Below are positions 30,136-40,480 of a DNA stretch of 64,000 nt, piece by piece. The stretch lies in the NCBI GenBank assembly GCA_030608385.1, contig JAUWEG010000001.1:23479-87478 (forward strand). The letters run 5' to 3'. Below the pieces are notes generated by a model. That model worked only from the letters and a program-made list of their open reading frames with translations, was not told where the DNA came from and ran no database searches. The number at the start of each line of letters is the position of its first letter. Position 1 is the first letter of the stretch. Both the position numbers and the translations under genes were made by a program. The DNA is from Candidatus Heimdallarchaeota archaeon. Its GTDB lineage: Archaea; Asgardarchaeota; Heimdallarchaeia; Heimdallarchaeales; Heimdallarchaeaceae.

Positions 30136-30885
30136 ATGTATGAATTATCTTTTGTTCCCAGAATAAGTGAAATTGATGTTAATGGTAAAGTGAAGATTAC
30201 CGCTTTGATGGATTATCTACAACATGTAGCTTACAAACATGCTAATCAATTAGGTATTGGTCATCGACAGATTTTCCATAAAGGTTTAACATGGTTGCTT
30301 TTACGACATACTGTTGAAATTACTCGTTATCCTGAATTAGATGAGGTTCTTAAAGTATCAAGTTGGGTTGCTGAATCAGGTAGCCCCAAATATACCATAA
30401 GAGATTTTGAAATTACAGACGAAAACAACATTATTGTCTGTAAAGCTACAACAAGTTGGTTATTATTCGATTATCGAAAAAGAAAACCAGTAGATTACAT
30501 AGATTATTGGTCAAATTATGATGTAGAGGAGAGGAGAGCTCTAAACTATGGTTTTCCTGGTTTACAATTGCCTAAGAAAATAGATACAAGACAATCACTT
30601 AGAGTAAGAAAGCAAGACCTAGATATTAATCAACATGTAAATCACATAGCACATATCCACTGGATAATTGAAGGAATGCCAGAAAAAACAGTTAAGAGAT
30701 ATGAACTGGAAAAGCTGGAGATTAGTTATAAAGAACAAGTATTTCATGAAGACAACATTACTGTAGAATCAGAAATTCAGAAAGAAAAGGATAATGAAAC
30801 TATCAAGGCATTTCATCAGTTAATTAAAGGTAAGAAGGAAAAACTTGTTTCCAAAGCAATAACACACTGGAAATTACAAGAGTAA
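30136..30885 (+). CDS. acyl-ACP thioesterase family protein (tandem hotdog)
   Basis: Two hotdog halves. The second half carries the acyl-ACP thioesterase signature D-x-NQHVNH-x3-I-x-W. Confidence 0.7.
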   Translation: MYELSFVPRISEIDVNGKVKITALMDYLQHVAYKHANQLGIGHRQIFHKGLTWLLLRHTVEITRYPELDEVLKVSSWVAESGSPKYTIRDFEITDENNIIVCKATTSWLLFDYRKRKPVDYIDYWSNYDVEERRALNYGFPGLQLPKKIDTRQSLRVRKQDLDINQHVNHIAHIHWIIEGMPEKTVKRYELEKLEISYKEQVFHEDNITVESEIQKEKDNETIKAFHQLIKGKKEKLVSKAITHWKLQE

Positions 30886-30950
30886 ATGATATTCATTCTA
30901 TGCCCAAAGTTTTTTCTACAGCTAACATTTCTTGTTTTTAGGTACTTTCA

Positions 30951-31781
30951 ATGTCCATAAAAAAAATAAAAGATAATGTTTATGCTATAACTGATGGTAG
31001 CACTCGCGGGAATGTTGCTGCATATGTTCTACCTAGTCAGATAGTTTTTGTTGATTCTGGTATGCATATCCCCCTAATAAAGAAATTTAGAGAGCATATT
31101 GAACGAGAAACGGGAAAGAAAGCTTCTGTTCTCTTTATAACTCACGCTCACGGAGACCATGTTTTTGGTAATCAGATTTTTGAAGATTGTGAAATCATCA
31201 CTTCGGAGTTAACCCATGAAGCAATGGTTGACTCACAGAAGAATAATTGGACTCCAGAAGCCTTAGAAGAATGGAAAAAGAATTCAGAAGACCCTTTAGC
31301 TTTGGATGGATTAAAGATAGTTCTTGCTAACAAAACATTTGCAGATGAGTATGAATTAGTAGATCGTGATGTAAAGGTTATTGTAAAGAGAACAGGTGGA
31401 CATACAGCGGGATCCAGTTATGTTTATTGCCCCAATTACAAAGTAATGTTTGCGGGAGATAACCTCTTTAATCATAGCTTTCCATGGGGCGGAACTCCTA
31501 CTTCAGATCCTTTGAAATGGGTAGAATCTATACAAGAATATCTATCACTAGATGTAGAGAACTATATCCCAGGTCATGGTTCAATATCTGGAAAGGAAAC
31601 TTTAGAAGAGTTTTTAGCTTATCTTAACAAAGTTATTTCGCTTATGAAGGAAATGATTGCCGAAGGAAAAACCGAAGAAGAAATTCTTGAACAAGCTGAT
31701 AAAATTGATTATTATCCCTCAAAAAGAGAACAATGGAAGGCATTATCACTAAAAAAATGGTATGAAGTTATAACAAGTTAG
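30951..31781 (+). CDS. MBL-fold metallo-hydrolase
   Basis: ITHAHGDHVFG (HxHxDH) plus downstream His and Asp ligands. Confidence 0.8.
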   Translation: MSIKKIKDNVYAITDGSTRGNVAAYVLPSQIVFVDSGMHIPLIKKFREHIERETGKKASVLFITHAHGDHVFGNQIFEDCEIITSELTHEAMVDSQKNNWTPEALEEWKKNSEDPLALDGLKIVLANKTFADEYELVDRDVKVIVKRTGGHTAGSSYVYCPNYKVMFAGDNLFNHSFPWGGTPTSDPLKWVESIQEYLSLDVENYIPGHGSISGKETLEEFLAYLNKVISLMKEMIAEGKTEEEILEQADKIDYYPSKREQWKALSLKKWYEVITS

Positions 31782-31813
31782 ATCTTTTTTGTGTCTTCCA
31801 ACAATTATTCACT

Positions 31814-32698
31814 TCAATGTTCAAAGTCTTTAAACATGACAACAATCACGGAACCAGGACCCGTAAAACTATATGTTATGCCACTCATTGGAATGATTCC
31901 ATAGAAATTTACTTCAGGAAATTGTTCAGTTAGAATCTGTTTTGCAAGAGTTGATCCTTTTTCTGCATTCCCCGAAACGATATAACATCCCAAATTCTTG
32001 AAGTGTTTTATCAAGTTATATGCTTGAGTTACAATAGCTTCTATTGCTTCTTCATATGATTTTGCTTGATTAAAAGAGTTAATCCCACCATCTTGTGTTC
32101 CTTCCAAACAAGGATAAATATTCAGAAGAGACCCCATAACGAATTTTATAAGCCCTATTCTACCGCTTCTTTGTAAGTATTTTAAGCTTTCAAAAGTAAA
32201 AGTAGTTTTTAGTTCAGTACTCTTAAACTCATTCAAGCGAGAAATTATTTTTGTGAAATCCTTTCCTTCGCTAAAAAGTTTAGCTGCTTTTATAACTGAA
32301 ATACCCACTCCAAAGGATCCCTCTTTAGAGTCATATTGATGGAATTTGATTATTCCTCCCTGTTTCTGATATTGAATGATACTCGCTTTAACGGTGTTAA
32401 CTATTCCAGTACCTCTTGATGTCATATTAATTATGAAGATATCTTCATATCCTTCCTCTTCCAAGTGTTTGAAAGTGTTTACAAAATAATTTATGCTTGG
32501 TTGAATGGGTTTAGGCATTTTTTTACTGGTATGAATTCTCTTCAAAAATTCTTCATAAGTGATTTCACTTGGATATAATAGTTCTTCATTAGTGTCTGGA
32601 AACTCCACAGGTACTTGTATTGTAAAAATATTGTATTTTTCTATTAAATTTGAAGGAATATCAGCTGCTATATTTGCTAAGATGACTGCACTTGTCAT
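31814..32698 (-). CDS. DegV-family fatty-acid-binding protein
   Basis: N-terminus VILANIAADIPSNLIEKYNIFTIQVPV matches the DegV consensus IAIVTDSTADLP ... KYNI .. VPL. GR-containing SGRIG motif is present. Size is 294 aa. Confidence 0.7.
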   Translation of the reverse strand: MTSAVILANIAADIPSNLIEKYNIFTIQVPVEFPDTNEELLYPSEITYEEFLKRIHTSKKMPKPIQPSINYFVNTFKHLEEEGYEDIFIINMTSRGTGIVNTVKASIIQYQKQGGIIKFHQYDSKEGSFGVGISVIKAAKLFSEGKDFTKIISRLNEFKSTELKTTFTFESLKYLQRSGRIGLIKFVMGSLLNIYPCLEGTQDGGINSFNQAKSYEEAIEAIVTQAYNLIKHFKNLGCYIVSGNAEKGSTLAKQILTEQFPEVNFYGIIPMSGITYSFTGPGSVIVVMFKDFEH

Positions 32699-32844
32699 TA
32701 AGAAATGTAGTTCAACGTTTGATAAAAACCTATTGTCAAGAAAATTTCTTCTTTTGTTTTTATATTTAGATTTTTTTTGTATTAATTAAGAAGAACATTG
32801 CTTTTTTGAAGTAGATTTATATTCTAAATCCCACAACACAAGTT

Positions 32845-34641
32845 ATGGGTTATGCTAGTATTACTTTTTTATTATTTGTTGCTTATATTCCCCTTATTTG
32901 GATAATTTTCCGTATAAGACAAAGAAGCAAAGGATTAGGATATTTCGCAGCAGTTGTTTTCTTAGTGCTGCTACTAGGAGTTTGGATAGTTGGATTTCTC
33001 AATCGTATAATAATGGTAGGAGCTATTGAACATTTAATTATAGTAGGATCAGTAACAACTCTTACTACGGTAATATTTGAACTAACGATTAGTAGGATTA
33101 ATCTCTTAGTTAGATTTAAAAGAAGAAGGGAAGCTCTCTTATCCATAGTTATCCTGATACTTCTAGTCATTGTAGGTGGTCAAACCCTGTTGGGTGTACG
33201 GAAAACAATGCTAAGCGCAAAATATTTTGAAAATACTGTCACATATGACGAAACAAATCTGCCTTTTCTTGTTTTCGATGAAGAAAATGAGATTGATAAT
33301 AACATAAGACTTGTTACTAAAGAATTTGCAATAAGCAAAGCTGAACAGAACAAAGCTGTGTTTGGTTCTAATGCAGTGCTGACAGAAGCTAATGTGATAT
33401 ATGTTAACGATTCTATATACTGGTGCATGATTTATGCACCGAAGAAATCTGCGCAAATATGGAGATCAGGACAATTTAACCTTGCTTGGGGATTGGTTTT
33501 AGTAGAGGTCAATAACCCAAATGCTGAACCTGTAATTATCAACTTTGTAAAAGGTGATTTCAATTATGCAGAAGGTCTATGGTATAATCATGATATTAAC
33601 TTGAAGAATTATCGACGTGATCAAAAGGCCAAATATTGGCGTTCTTATCCTGCATGGACCGGGACAGAGTGGGTATATATTGTTACACGATCAACTAGAA
33701 ACGTCTATGGTGCGTGGTTATCAGACGGTATCGATGTATTAGATATCAAGACCGGTGAAATAATCACTCATTATGCAGCTGATGAACTAGATACGACTCC
33801 CAAATATATTCTGCAGGTTTTTTCAGAAGATTTGATAGAATTAGAATGGATTATAAAATGGGGAAATAAGCGAGATACAACAGCAGATGGAAATATACGC
33901 TTATTGCCTGGATTTCCTCACTATAGTTCAGATAGACTTGGATTCTACGGAGAAGGTGTTGAAGACATCAGATATGTCAAATGTCAAAATTCAACTCTTG
34001 CTTTCTTCGCTACACATCCAAGAGATTCTTCAGAAACCTTAGCTGGAATTGGGATTATAAGGAAAAATGGAACAACATTCTATAACTTGAGAGAAAGAGG
34101 TTACATTTCTGCTGTCACAGCTTCAAAGTTAGCGGAAGGTCAACTTACAATCCCTAATGAGGGGAGTTACATTGTTCAGATGCCTGTACCTTATACTCTA
34201 AATACTTCAATAGGATTTAGGCTTGCTTGGTTTATCCCAATTTATTGGCAAAGTGGTACTGTGCAAAGATTATCTTATGTATGTGTGATTGATGCTTTAG
34301 ATTCTAGCTACATCTCTATAGCGGAGGCTGAAGGTTTATCAGGTTCTCAAGTAGTAAGAGAAGCGCGATTACAGTTCAAATCTTTCTTCGCTTCAGAAAT
34401 CCCTCAACAAGAGTACATAACAGCTGAAATTGATAATTTGGGTTCATATGTAGATGACGGAAATAGTATTTTTGTGTTCCAATTAAATAATTCAAAGATA
34501 ATTCGATGCTCACAGGGTTATCTCAATGAAACACATTGGAACCAAGTTGTTCTAGCTGAAATAGGAAATGTAATTCACTATACTTATACTGAAGATGATG
34601 ATGGAATTCTTTGGGCAACAGAATTTTTTGTTATTTCTTAA
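32845..34641 (+). CDS. membrane-anchored hypothetical protein (N-terminal 4 TM plus a roughly 450 aa extracytoplasmic domain)
   Basis: The N-terminal 120 aa are hydrophobic. The remainder is rich in W/Y/N/T with several NxS/T sequons. Confidence 0.4.
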   Translation: MGYASITFLLFVAYIPLIWIIFRIRQRSKGLGYFAAVVFLVLLLGVWIVGFLNRIIMVGAIEHLIIVGSVTTLTTVIFELTISRINLLVRFKRRREALLSIVILILLVIVGGQTLLGVRKTMLSAKYFENTVTYDETNLPFLVFDEENEIDNNIRLVTKEFAISKAEQNKAVFGSNAVLTEANVIYVNDSIYWCMIYAPKKSAQIWRSGQFNLAWGLVLVEVNNPNAEPVIINFVKGDFNYAEGLWYNHDINLKNYRRDQKAKYWRSYPAWTGTEWVYIVTRSTRNVYGAWLSDGIDVLDIKTGEIITHYAADELDTTPKYILQVFSEDLIELEWIIKWGNKRDTTADGNIRLLPGFPHYSSDRLGFYGEGVEDIRYVKCQNSTLAFFATHPRDSSETLAGIGIIRKNGTTFYNLRERGYISAVTASKLAEGQLTIPNEGSYIVQMPVPYTLNTSIGFRLAWFIPIYWQSGTVQRLSYVCVIDALDSSYISIAEAEGLSGSQVVREARLQFKSFFASEIPQQEYITAEIDNLGSYVDDGNSIFVFQLNNSKIIRCSQGYLNETHWNQVVLAEIGNVIHYTYTEDDDGILWATEFFVIS

Positions 34642-34769
34642 TTATCTTCTCTTTTTCTCTTCTTTTTTCTGAATTTTTTCGAATAAATATTTAAGAACTT
34701 AATAATTCTTTCAGTTTCAACTAAGCCCCCAAAGTGTTTTTTAAGCTGTTATTATTTCTTTGATTCAGA

Positions 34770-35579
34770 ATGACAAAATCATTAGATGAAATTCTCGGAT
34801 CAGTTGCCAATATCTGCGATAGGGAAACAAAACGTTCAAAAGACTTTGGTATTGAATTTGGTACATTTTCCCCTCATAAATTAAAAGCTACTAATGTGAA
34901 ATGCATCGTTGTTTCACCTTTGATGAATCTGAAACTCGCTCATTTCATGAATGATAACAAAGCAAATGTTGCTGTAACCTTATTGCCTTTATCCATTATA
35001 GAGAATAAATTTCCTCTTTCAGAAATAGACTTTGAATTATTAAGGTCTTTAATTACAAATAACATCAAAACAATTAGATTACCCCACAAATGGCTTCATT
35101 CAGTAAAAGGAAGTTTTCCCTACTTCCTTCAAACTCTAGGATTAAGTAAAATGGACGATTCAAGCCTTGTTACAGAAACTGACAAGAAACTAACAATGTG
35201 GAATTTGCCTGAAATGAGTTTTCAAGATTTTCTTGTAACTTTGAGTCATCTAAACAAAAAATGGATCGCTCATTCATTCGGAATACAAGAGGATAAATTA
35301 TCATTTGTGTTAGAAAATGAAAAATTCTCAAGTTCAGATTTTCAAGAGTTGAAAGAAGAAGGAATTAATACCATTGTAAGTTTCCATTTGGATTCAAGTT
35401 CCATTCCAATATATCAAAAAAACAGAATGAATTTTTTGTTTATTCCATTTGTTGATTATTGTAATATAGCTTTACGTAAGTTTGCTCAAGTACTCCAGCT
35501 TGAAACAAATGAAAAAGTTCTTTTCCATCCTTTTAAAGCAAAAGAGTGGATAGGGTATCAAGATTTACAAAAACGATGA
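34770..35579 (+). CDS. hypothetical protein (269 aa)
   Basis: Intact ORF with no motif recognised. Confidence 0.35.
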   Translation: MTKSLDEILGSVANICDRETKRSKDFGIEFGTFSPHKLKATNVKCIVVSPLMNLKLAHFMNDNKANVAVTLLPLSIIENKFPLSEIDFELLRSLITNNIKTIRLPHKWLHSVKGSFPYFLQTLGLSKMDDSSLVTETDKKLTMWNLPEMSFQDFLVTLSHLNKKWIAHSFGIQEDKLSFVLENEKFSSSDFQELKEEGINTIVSFHLDSSSIPIYQKNRMNFLFIPFVDYCNIALRKFAQVLQLETNEKVLFHPFKAKEWIGYQDLQKR

Positions 35580-35625
35580 TAAACTTAAGTAGTATAAGAG
35601 ACCATCATAAAATTAGGGGGAGAAT

Positions 35626-36951
35626 ATGAATACATTAATTCCGTTAATTCTAACTTCACTTGAACAAGTAGATGAAGGTCGTTCAATTAGAACTATTCTC
35701 AGATATCATATTCAAGATAATGATTTAACGAATTATGATGAATCTCGGATATATTATCATGTTTTTGAAATATATAGAAAGCTAAACCTGATTGATTTGT
35801 ATATTAAAACAAGCTCCTCCTCCTTTTCTTTGAGAAAAATTAGTTTTAGAATGAGAGCTCTCCTCAGATTGGCTACTCAACTTCTCAAAGTAGAAAAAGA
35901 AAACATAAATCATGTAATTGAATTACTTAAACCCCATTATAAGAAGATTAACGATTTAGAACTAGAGAATATTCTTCATTCTATAAACAATTTACAAGAG
36001 GAGGTTCTTTATGAAAATAAGCATGATTTTGCATCCAAAGCAGCTCTGAGATATTTTACTCCCACATGGATAATAAGGAAATTTATCAGACAATGGGGAG
36101 AGGCTTTTGCAGAAAAAATCCTTTCAACTTTTCTAACAACTATTCCTATGTATGTTCGGGTTAATGATTTAAAATCAAACATGGAGGAAATAACTCTTGG
36201 ATTTGAAGAACAAGAAATTGCTTTTACAATAGATAATGGAATTCCAAATCTGCTAAGAATTGAAAAAACCCCCATTCCAATCCCTCGCACAATTGAGTTC
36301 CAAAATGGTAAGATTGTGATTCAACAAAAAGCTTCAGCTTTGGCTTCACTTGTTCTGGATCCTAAATCAAATGAACTCATTCTTGATATGTGTGCTTCTC
36401 CAGGAAGTAAAACTTCGCACATTGCAGCTTTGTTAGATAATAAATCAAGGATTACTGCTGTAGATATAAATGATGAACGCATCAATATTTTGAGAAACAG
36501 AATGAAAAAGCTTGGTGTTAAACCAATAGATATTGTTCAAGGTGATGCTAAGCAATTCAGTAAAATAACTTCTGATACTTTTGATAAAATATTACTTGAT
36601 CCCCCATGTTCTAGTTCGGGGACATATTCCTCACGACCAGAAAACAAATGGAAAATGAAGCAAAGAGACTTACGTTGGTATGTTGACTTGCAAACTGATT
36701 TACTAAAAGAAGCCGCACACTTAGTTAAACCTAATGGCGTTATAGTATATTCCACTTGTTCATTATTTCATGATGAGAATCACAACATAATTTCATCCTT
36801 TCTACAGGAGAATGAAGATTTTTATCTAGAAACACCTCTGCCTATCATTGGAACTCTAAGTACTACACCACATGGAGAAGTACAAGAACTATTTCCCCAT
36901 TTGCATGAAACTGAAGGCTTCTTTATTGCGAAAATTAGAAAAAGGAAGTAA
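35626..36951 (+). CDS. NOL1/NOP2/Sun-family RNA (cytosine-C5)-methyltransferase
   Basis: Motifs DMCASPGSKTSH, DKILLDPPCSSSG (catalytic Cys) and VYSTCSL. An N-terminal NusB-like region is present. Confidence 0.85.
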   Translation: MNTLIPLILTSLEQVDEGRSIRTILRYHIQDNDLTNYDESRIYYHVFEIYRKLNLIDLYIKTSSSSFSLRKISFRMRALLRLATQLLKVEKENINHVIELLKPHYKKINDLELENILHSINNLQEEVLYENKHDFASKAALRYFTPTWIIRKFIRQWGEAFAEKILSTFLTTIPMYVRVNDLKSNMEEITLGFEEQEIAFTIDNGIPNLLRIEKTPIPIPRTIEFQNGKIVIQQKASALASLVLDPKSNELILDMCASPGSKTSHIAALLDNKSRITAVDINDERINILRNRMKKLGVKPIDIVQGDAKQFSKITSDTFDKILLDPPCSSSGTYSSRPENKWKMKQRDLRWYVDLQTDLLKEAAHLVKPNGVIVYSTCSLFHDENHNIISSFLQENEDFYLETPLPIIGTLSTTPHGEVQELFPHLHETEGFFIAKIRKRK

Positions 36952-36972
36952 TTTTAAAGAGATCTCAGATTT

Positions 36973-37599
36973 CTAGTACATCTTATCTAATAAACCATCG
37001 ATTTTTTTAATTAGCTCATTTCTAAGCTTATTTCGTGGTGGTTTTTCAACTTTTTTCATGTGTTCGATATTTGAATCAAACAGAATTTTGGATGCTAGGG
37101 TTTTAGCCACTTCCTCAAAGTCATATGTTTCTGAACCTTGCATCATTTGAATAGATTCTTGTTTTGGTTTTGGTTCTGGTAATCCCTTTTCGTACTTGAT
37201 TTCACTCGTTGTTTTACTAATAGTTTGAGTAGCTGGAACTATTTTTTCACCATAAACATAAGCACTCCCTCCTAAACCTGTCTTTGTAGTTGTAGAGGGT
37301 TCTGAATAAGCGGTTTCTTCTAGCTTTTGTATTAATTCAGGTAATATTCTATCTCTTTCTTCTTGTTCTATGTTAATAACTCTGTATTTTGATCCTTTTT
37401 TTGTTTTAAGATTCGTTGCTGCTCTTCCTGCCCAATAAGCTAGAGAGGAAGGAATCCCATCTTTTCTATAGACATAGATTCTTTTTTCTACTCTGTCTAT
37501 AATCAAGTATGCTCCATTATCTTCAAAAAAACTCTCTCTTCTTGCAGGTACTTCACTATAACTTCCATCTCTCCTAACTGAAAAAATCCGAAGACCCAT
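36973..37599 (-). CDS. hypothetical protein with a possible N-terminal gelsolin/cofilin-like domain
   Basis: Residues roughly 1 to 95 follow the gelsolin-repeat pattern. They are followed by a Lys/Thr-rich region and a helical C-terminus. Low confidence, from pattern only. Confidence 0.3.
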   Translation of the reverse strand: MGLRIFSVRRDGSYSEVPARRESFFEDNGAYLIIDRVEKRIYVYRKDGIPSSLAYWAGRAATNLKTKKGSKYRVINIEQEERDRILPELIQKLEETAYSEPSTTTKTGLGGSAYVYGEKIVPATQTISKTTSEIKYEKGLPEPKPKQESIQMMQGSETYDFEEVAKTLASKILFDSNIEHMKKVEKPPRNKLRNELIKKIDGLLDKMY

Positions 37600-37657
37600 G
37601 ATAACACCCCAGTGTCAACACTATGTATGTTCACACATAAAAACATTTTTTCCAAAG

Positions 37658-38383
37658 TTATCTGTATTCTGTGGGATCGTCTATACTTGCTTGAAGAAAA
37701 GCTCTTTTTCTCCTTTGGCAAGACTCACAGGTGCCACAATGTATTGGTTTTCCTTCATTTGTCCATTCCTCTATTTGGTAGCAGGATGATGAAAAAGCCA
37801 TTTTGGCATTGTTTTCAGTAAGAAATACAACTATGTCCTTCTTATCTGAATCATGAAATGGGGCTTGAATTGTAACTTGGTTTAAACACCCTAATTCAAT
37901 TGATTTATTCATCCTATTAACAAAATCTAAGGTATTATCTGGAAATGTGGTTCCTTCTTCCTTATTAGCTCCAAAAATTATATCTGTTGGTACTGTTGAA
38001 CTATCAGCTAAAGAAGCTGCTATTGAAAGAAAGAGAATATTTCTTCCTGGAATCCAAACTTCTTTAGCAGTTTGCAAAGCTAAATCTTTCCTATCTAATT
38101 GTTCAAAGGAGCTAACTTCTGGAGGTTTCTTTTCAGATTTTGTAAGACTAGAACCAGCTTCTTGGGAAAATTCTTCTAGAAAAGGCAAATTGATAATCTT
38201 AGTTTTAACAGAAAGCAAGGAGGAAAACTTTTTGTTGACCTTGATAATGGTTTGATCTTCTTTACTACCATAAAGAAAACTTAGTAGAGTTATTTCATCA
38301 TATTTTTGCATTGTCCAATATAAACATGCGGTGGAATCCATTCCCCCTGAAAACAAGACAATCGCTTTTCGCATATTTTTCAC
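37658..38383 (-). CDS. queC: 7-cyano-7-deazaguanine (preQ0) synthase QueC
   Basis: PP-loop LFSGGMDS. C-terminal zinc cluster CGTCESCQRRKRAF. Confidence 0.85.
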   Translation of the reverse strand: MKNMRKAIVLFSGGMDSTACLYWTMQKYDEITLLSFLYGSKEDQTIIKVNKKFSSLLSVKTKIINLPFLEEFSQEAGSSLTKSEKKPPEVSSFEQLDRKDLALQTAKEVWIPGRNILFLSIAASLADSSTVPTDIIFGANKEEGTTFPDNTLDFVNRMNKSIELGCLNQVTIQAPFHDSDKKDIVVFLTENNAKMAFSSSCYQIEEWTNEGKPIHCGTCESCQRRKRAFLQASIDDPTEYR

Positions 38384-38437
38384 CTGTTATCTACTGATAT
38401 TTCCGTATTATTCACGTATTATTTTCTCTTTAAAATC

Positions 38438-38890
38438 TCATTCTGTATATGTCACAACACTTGTAGGTGTCTCTGCCATTGTAATAGTTATTTTGAATTG
38501 AGGATACTGTTTTTTTATTAGGCTGTGAAAATATTTAGCCAATAGCTCTACAGTGGTTGCTTCTAAAGGGAGCAAAATTACATCCTCTCTTGGAAAACGA
38601 TAATATCTTCCTTCACATGTGTCAACTATGACTTGTTTGTCTGTGGTTGTTATTTTTAAGTCCTTGTTAAAATCGGGAATAAGAACTCTGTGATCAAATT
38701 TTTTTACTATCTTCCCAACAGCTGTTTTGAAGATCCCAAAATCAATCAACATATTATTTTCATCCATTTTTCCTTCAACTTCAACCTCAATATCATAATT
38801 ATGACCATGGAGGCGTGCACATTTATCATGTCTTGTTAACATATGTGCTGAAGCAAAGGTTAATTTGTCACCAGAGATTTTTAATTTCAA
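38438..38890 (-). CDS. queD: 6-carboxy-5,6,7,8-tetrahydropterin synthase QueD (PTPS family)
   Basis: C-x3-HGHNY motif (CARLHGHNYDIE). Size is 150 aa. Confidence 0.85.
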   Translation of the reverse strand: MKLKISGDKLTFASAHMLTRHDKCARLHGHNYDIEVEVEGKMDENNMLIDFGIFKTAVGKIVKKFDHRVLIPDFNKDLKITTTDKQVIVDTCEGRYYRFPREDVILLPLEATTVELLAKYFHSLIKKQYPQFKITITMAETPTSVVTYTE

Positions 38891-38898
38891 ATTATCAC

Positions 38899-39531
38899 CT
38901 ATATTGTTCTAGTTTTTGCAATATCCTCTTTAATTTTGGATATTTCACTTACATATTTCTCAGCTATTTGAATTGCCAAGTTTTGTATTTCTTCTGTTTG
39001 TACTCCAAGATCCGTTAAACCAATAGCTTGAACATGTTCTGGAACTCCTGTGCTAAGGATATTTATTCCAAAGTGGATTTTACTACTTGAAATTCCTACT
39101 GTCGCGATTCCCACGTTTAGTTTTTTTCCATCAACGAAAATATCTGTTCCTTTTCTTTCAATTTGAATATTTTTTTCCTTCAAAATATCGATGACTGTTT
39201 GAGCAAATATCCGGAGTCTGTAATATTCTAATTCCATATTTGGTGGTTGTATATCAAATTCCTCAATTATGAAATGTAGGGAATCATCAGAACTAATTAA
39301 AATATTACTCAAGTGCGATTCTCTGAGAATATCTTTAATATCAACCATTTCCTTTGGAGAAAGCTTCATTCCCCCTCTAAAAACAAGAATACTATCTCCT
39401 ATTATACCATATTTTTCAGCTGTAAAATGACTTGAAAGCTGAGATCCATCATAAATCATTTGATTAGCAAAATCTTCTACAATGATATGATATGGCGGTT
39501 TATTTATTGTCTTCATTTGCTTCCAATCCAT
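38899..39531 (-). CDS. hypothetical protein embedded in the preQ0 cluster (210 aa)
   Basis: Intact ORF whose start overlaps the folE2 stop by 32 nt. No recognisable motif. Confidence 0.4.
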   Translation of the reverse strand: MDWKQMKTINKPPYHIIVEDFANQMIYDGSQLSSHFTAEKYGIIGDSILVFRGGMKLSPKEMVDIKDILRESHLSNILISSDDSLHFIIEEFDIQPPNMELEYYRLRIFAQTVIDILKEKNIQIERKGTDIFVDGKKLNVGIATVGISSSKIHFGINILSTGVPEHVQAIGLTDLGVQTEEIQNLAIQIAEKYVSEISKIKEDIAKTRTI

Positions 39532-40471
39532 TAAGTTGTTCCATCAATTTCTTTAAAGATATTTTAACTTCTGCAACTGCATTATGTTGATGAATGCTTT
39601 CATAGTTAATTTGTTTGACACAAATTAATGTTTCTGGGGGCTGATTTAAGTATTTTTTAGAAACTTTCTGCAAAATCGATCTTACAACATCCTCAACAAA
39701 GGCTGGATGTTGATGTGCATAGAGAACAACAGCTTGCTCATCTTTTCGTTTTAGTACTTCATGTGTAGGTGAGCTCATCGATGTTTCTAGTATTCCAATT
39801 ATATCTTCAAGTTCTATTCTTTCTGCATCTCTTGGTTGCTCAATTACTAAAATTGATTTTGATCTCTGATTATGCGATGCTAAAGGTATGGTTTCAATTA
39901 CGTAATCTATTTGTTCCTCTGTGAACCCCTCTTCTGCAAGTTTTTCCTTAGCAAAATCCCTTGATAGTTCTTGAGAACAGGGACAGACTGTTGTTCCTTC
40001 AACCTCTGCACCAATTATTTTAGTAATCGTAATATTTTCTCCAGTTTTATGCGCAAGAGCTCCAGCTCTTAATTTGTGAACACTGGATTTCTTCCTTCCA
40101 ATGGCTTCTGAATGAGTTTCCATTTCATAATCTGCAACAAGTGTTACTTCAGCATTAGTTGCTCCTGGTTGAATAGAAAGAACCTTTTCTGCAATTTGAG
40201 CACATAATTCTTCACAATCAGAAATAACTTCTCCTGTAAGTGTTGATATAACTTCATTAATAGCTTCTAGATTTCGGGACATGTGAATTCCTCTTTTTGA
40301 AGGCAATAAATCGACATAAACATCTATTTTTGCTGATAATTCATTATATTCACCAAAACGTTTCCTACGAATAATTTTTGGAATATCACTAACTCCTACT
40401 CTCCTAATACCTATCTGTATTTTTGATTCATCTGATTGAACATCTGATAGTTTTTTGCTATTTAGATTCAT
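39500..40471 (-). CDS. folE2: GTP cyclohydrolase FolE2/MptA family (type IB)
   Basis: IQIGIRRVGVSDI ... LLPSKRGIHMSRN pattern of GCH-IB. Size is 323 aa. Confidence 0.75.
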   Translation of the reverse strand: MNLNSKKLSDVQSDESKIQIGIRRVGVSDIPKIIRRKRFGEYNELSAKIDVYVDLLPSKRGIHMSRNLEAINEVISTLTGEVISDCEELCAQIAEKVLSIQPGATNAEVTLVADYEMETHSEAIGRKKSSVHKLRAGALAHKTGENITITKIIGAEVEGTTVCPCSQELSRDFAKEKLAEEGFTEEQIDYVIETIPLASHNQRSKSILVIEQPRDAERIELEDIIGILETSMSSPTHEVLKRKDEQAVVLYAHQHPAFVEDVVRSILQKVSKKYLNQPPETLICVKQINYESIHQHNAVAEVKISLKKLMEQLNGLEANEDNK

Positions 40472-40480
40472 CTTTATTCC

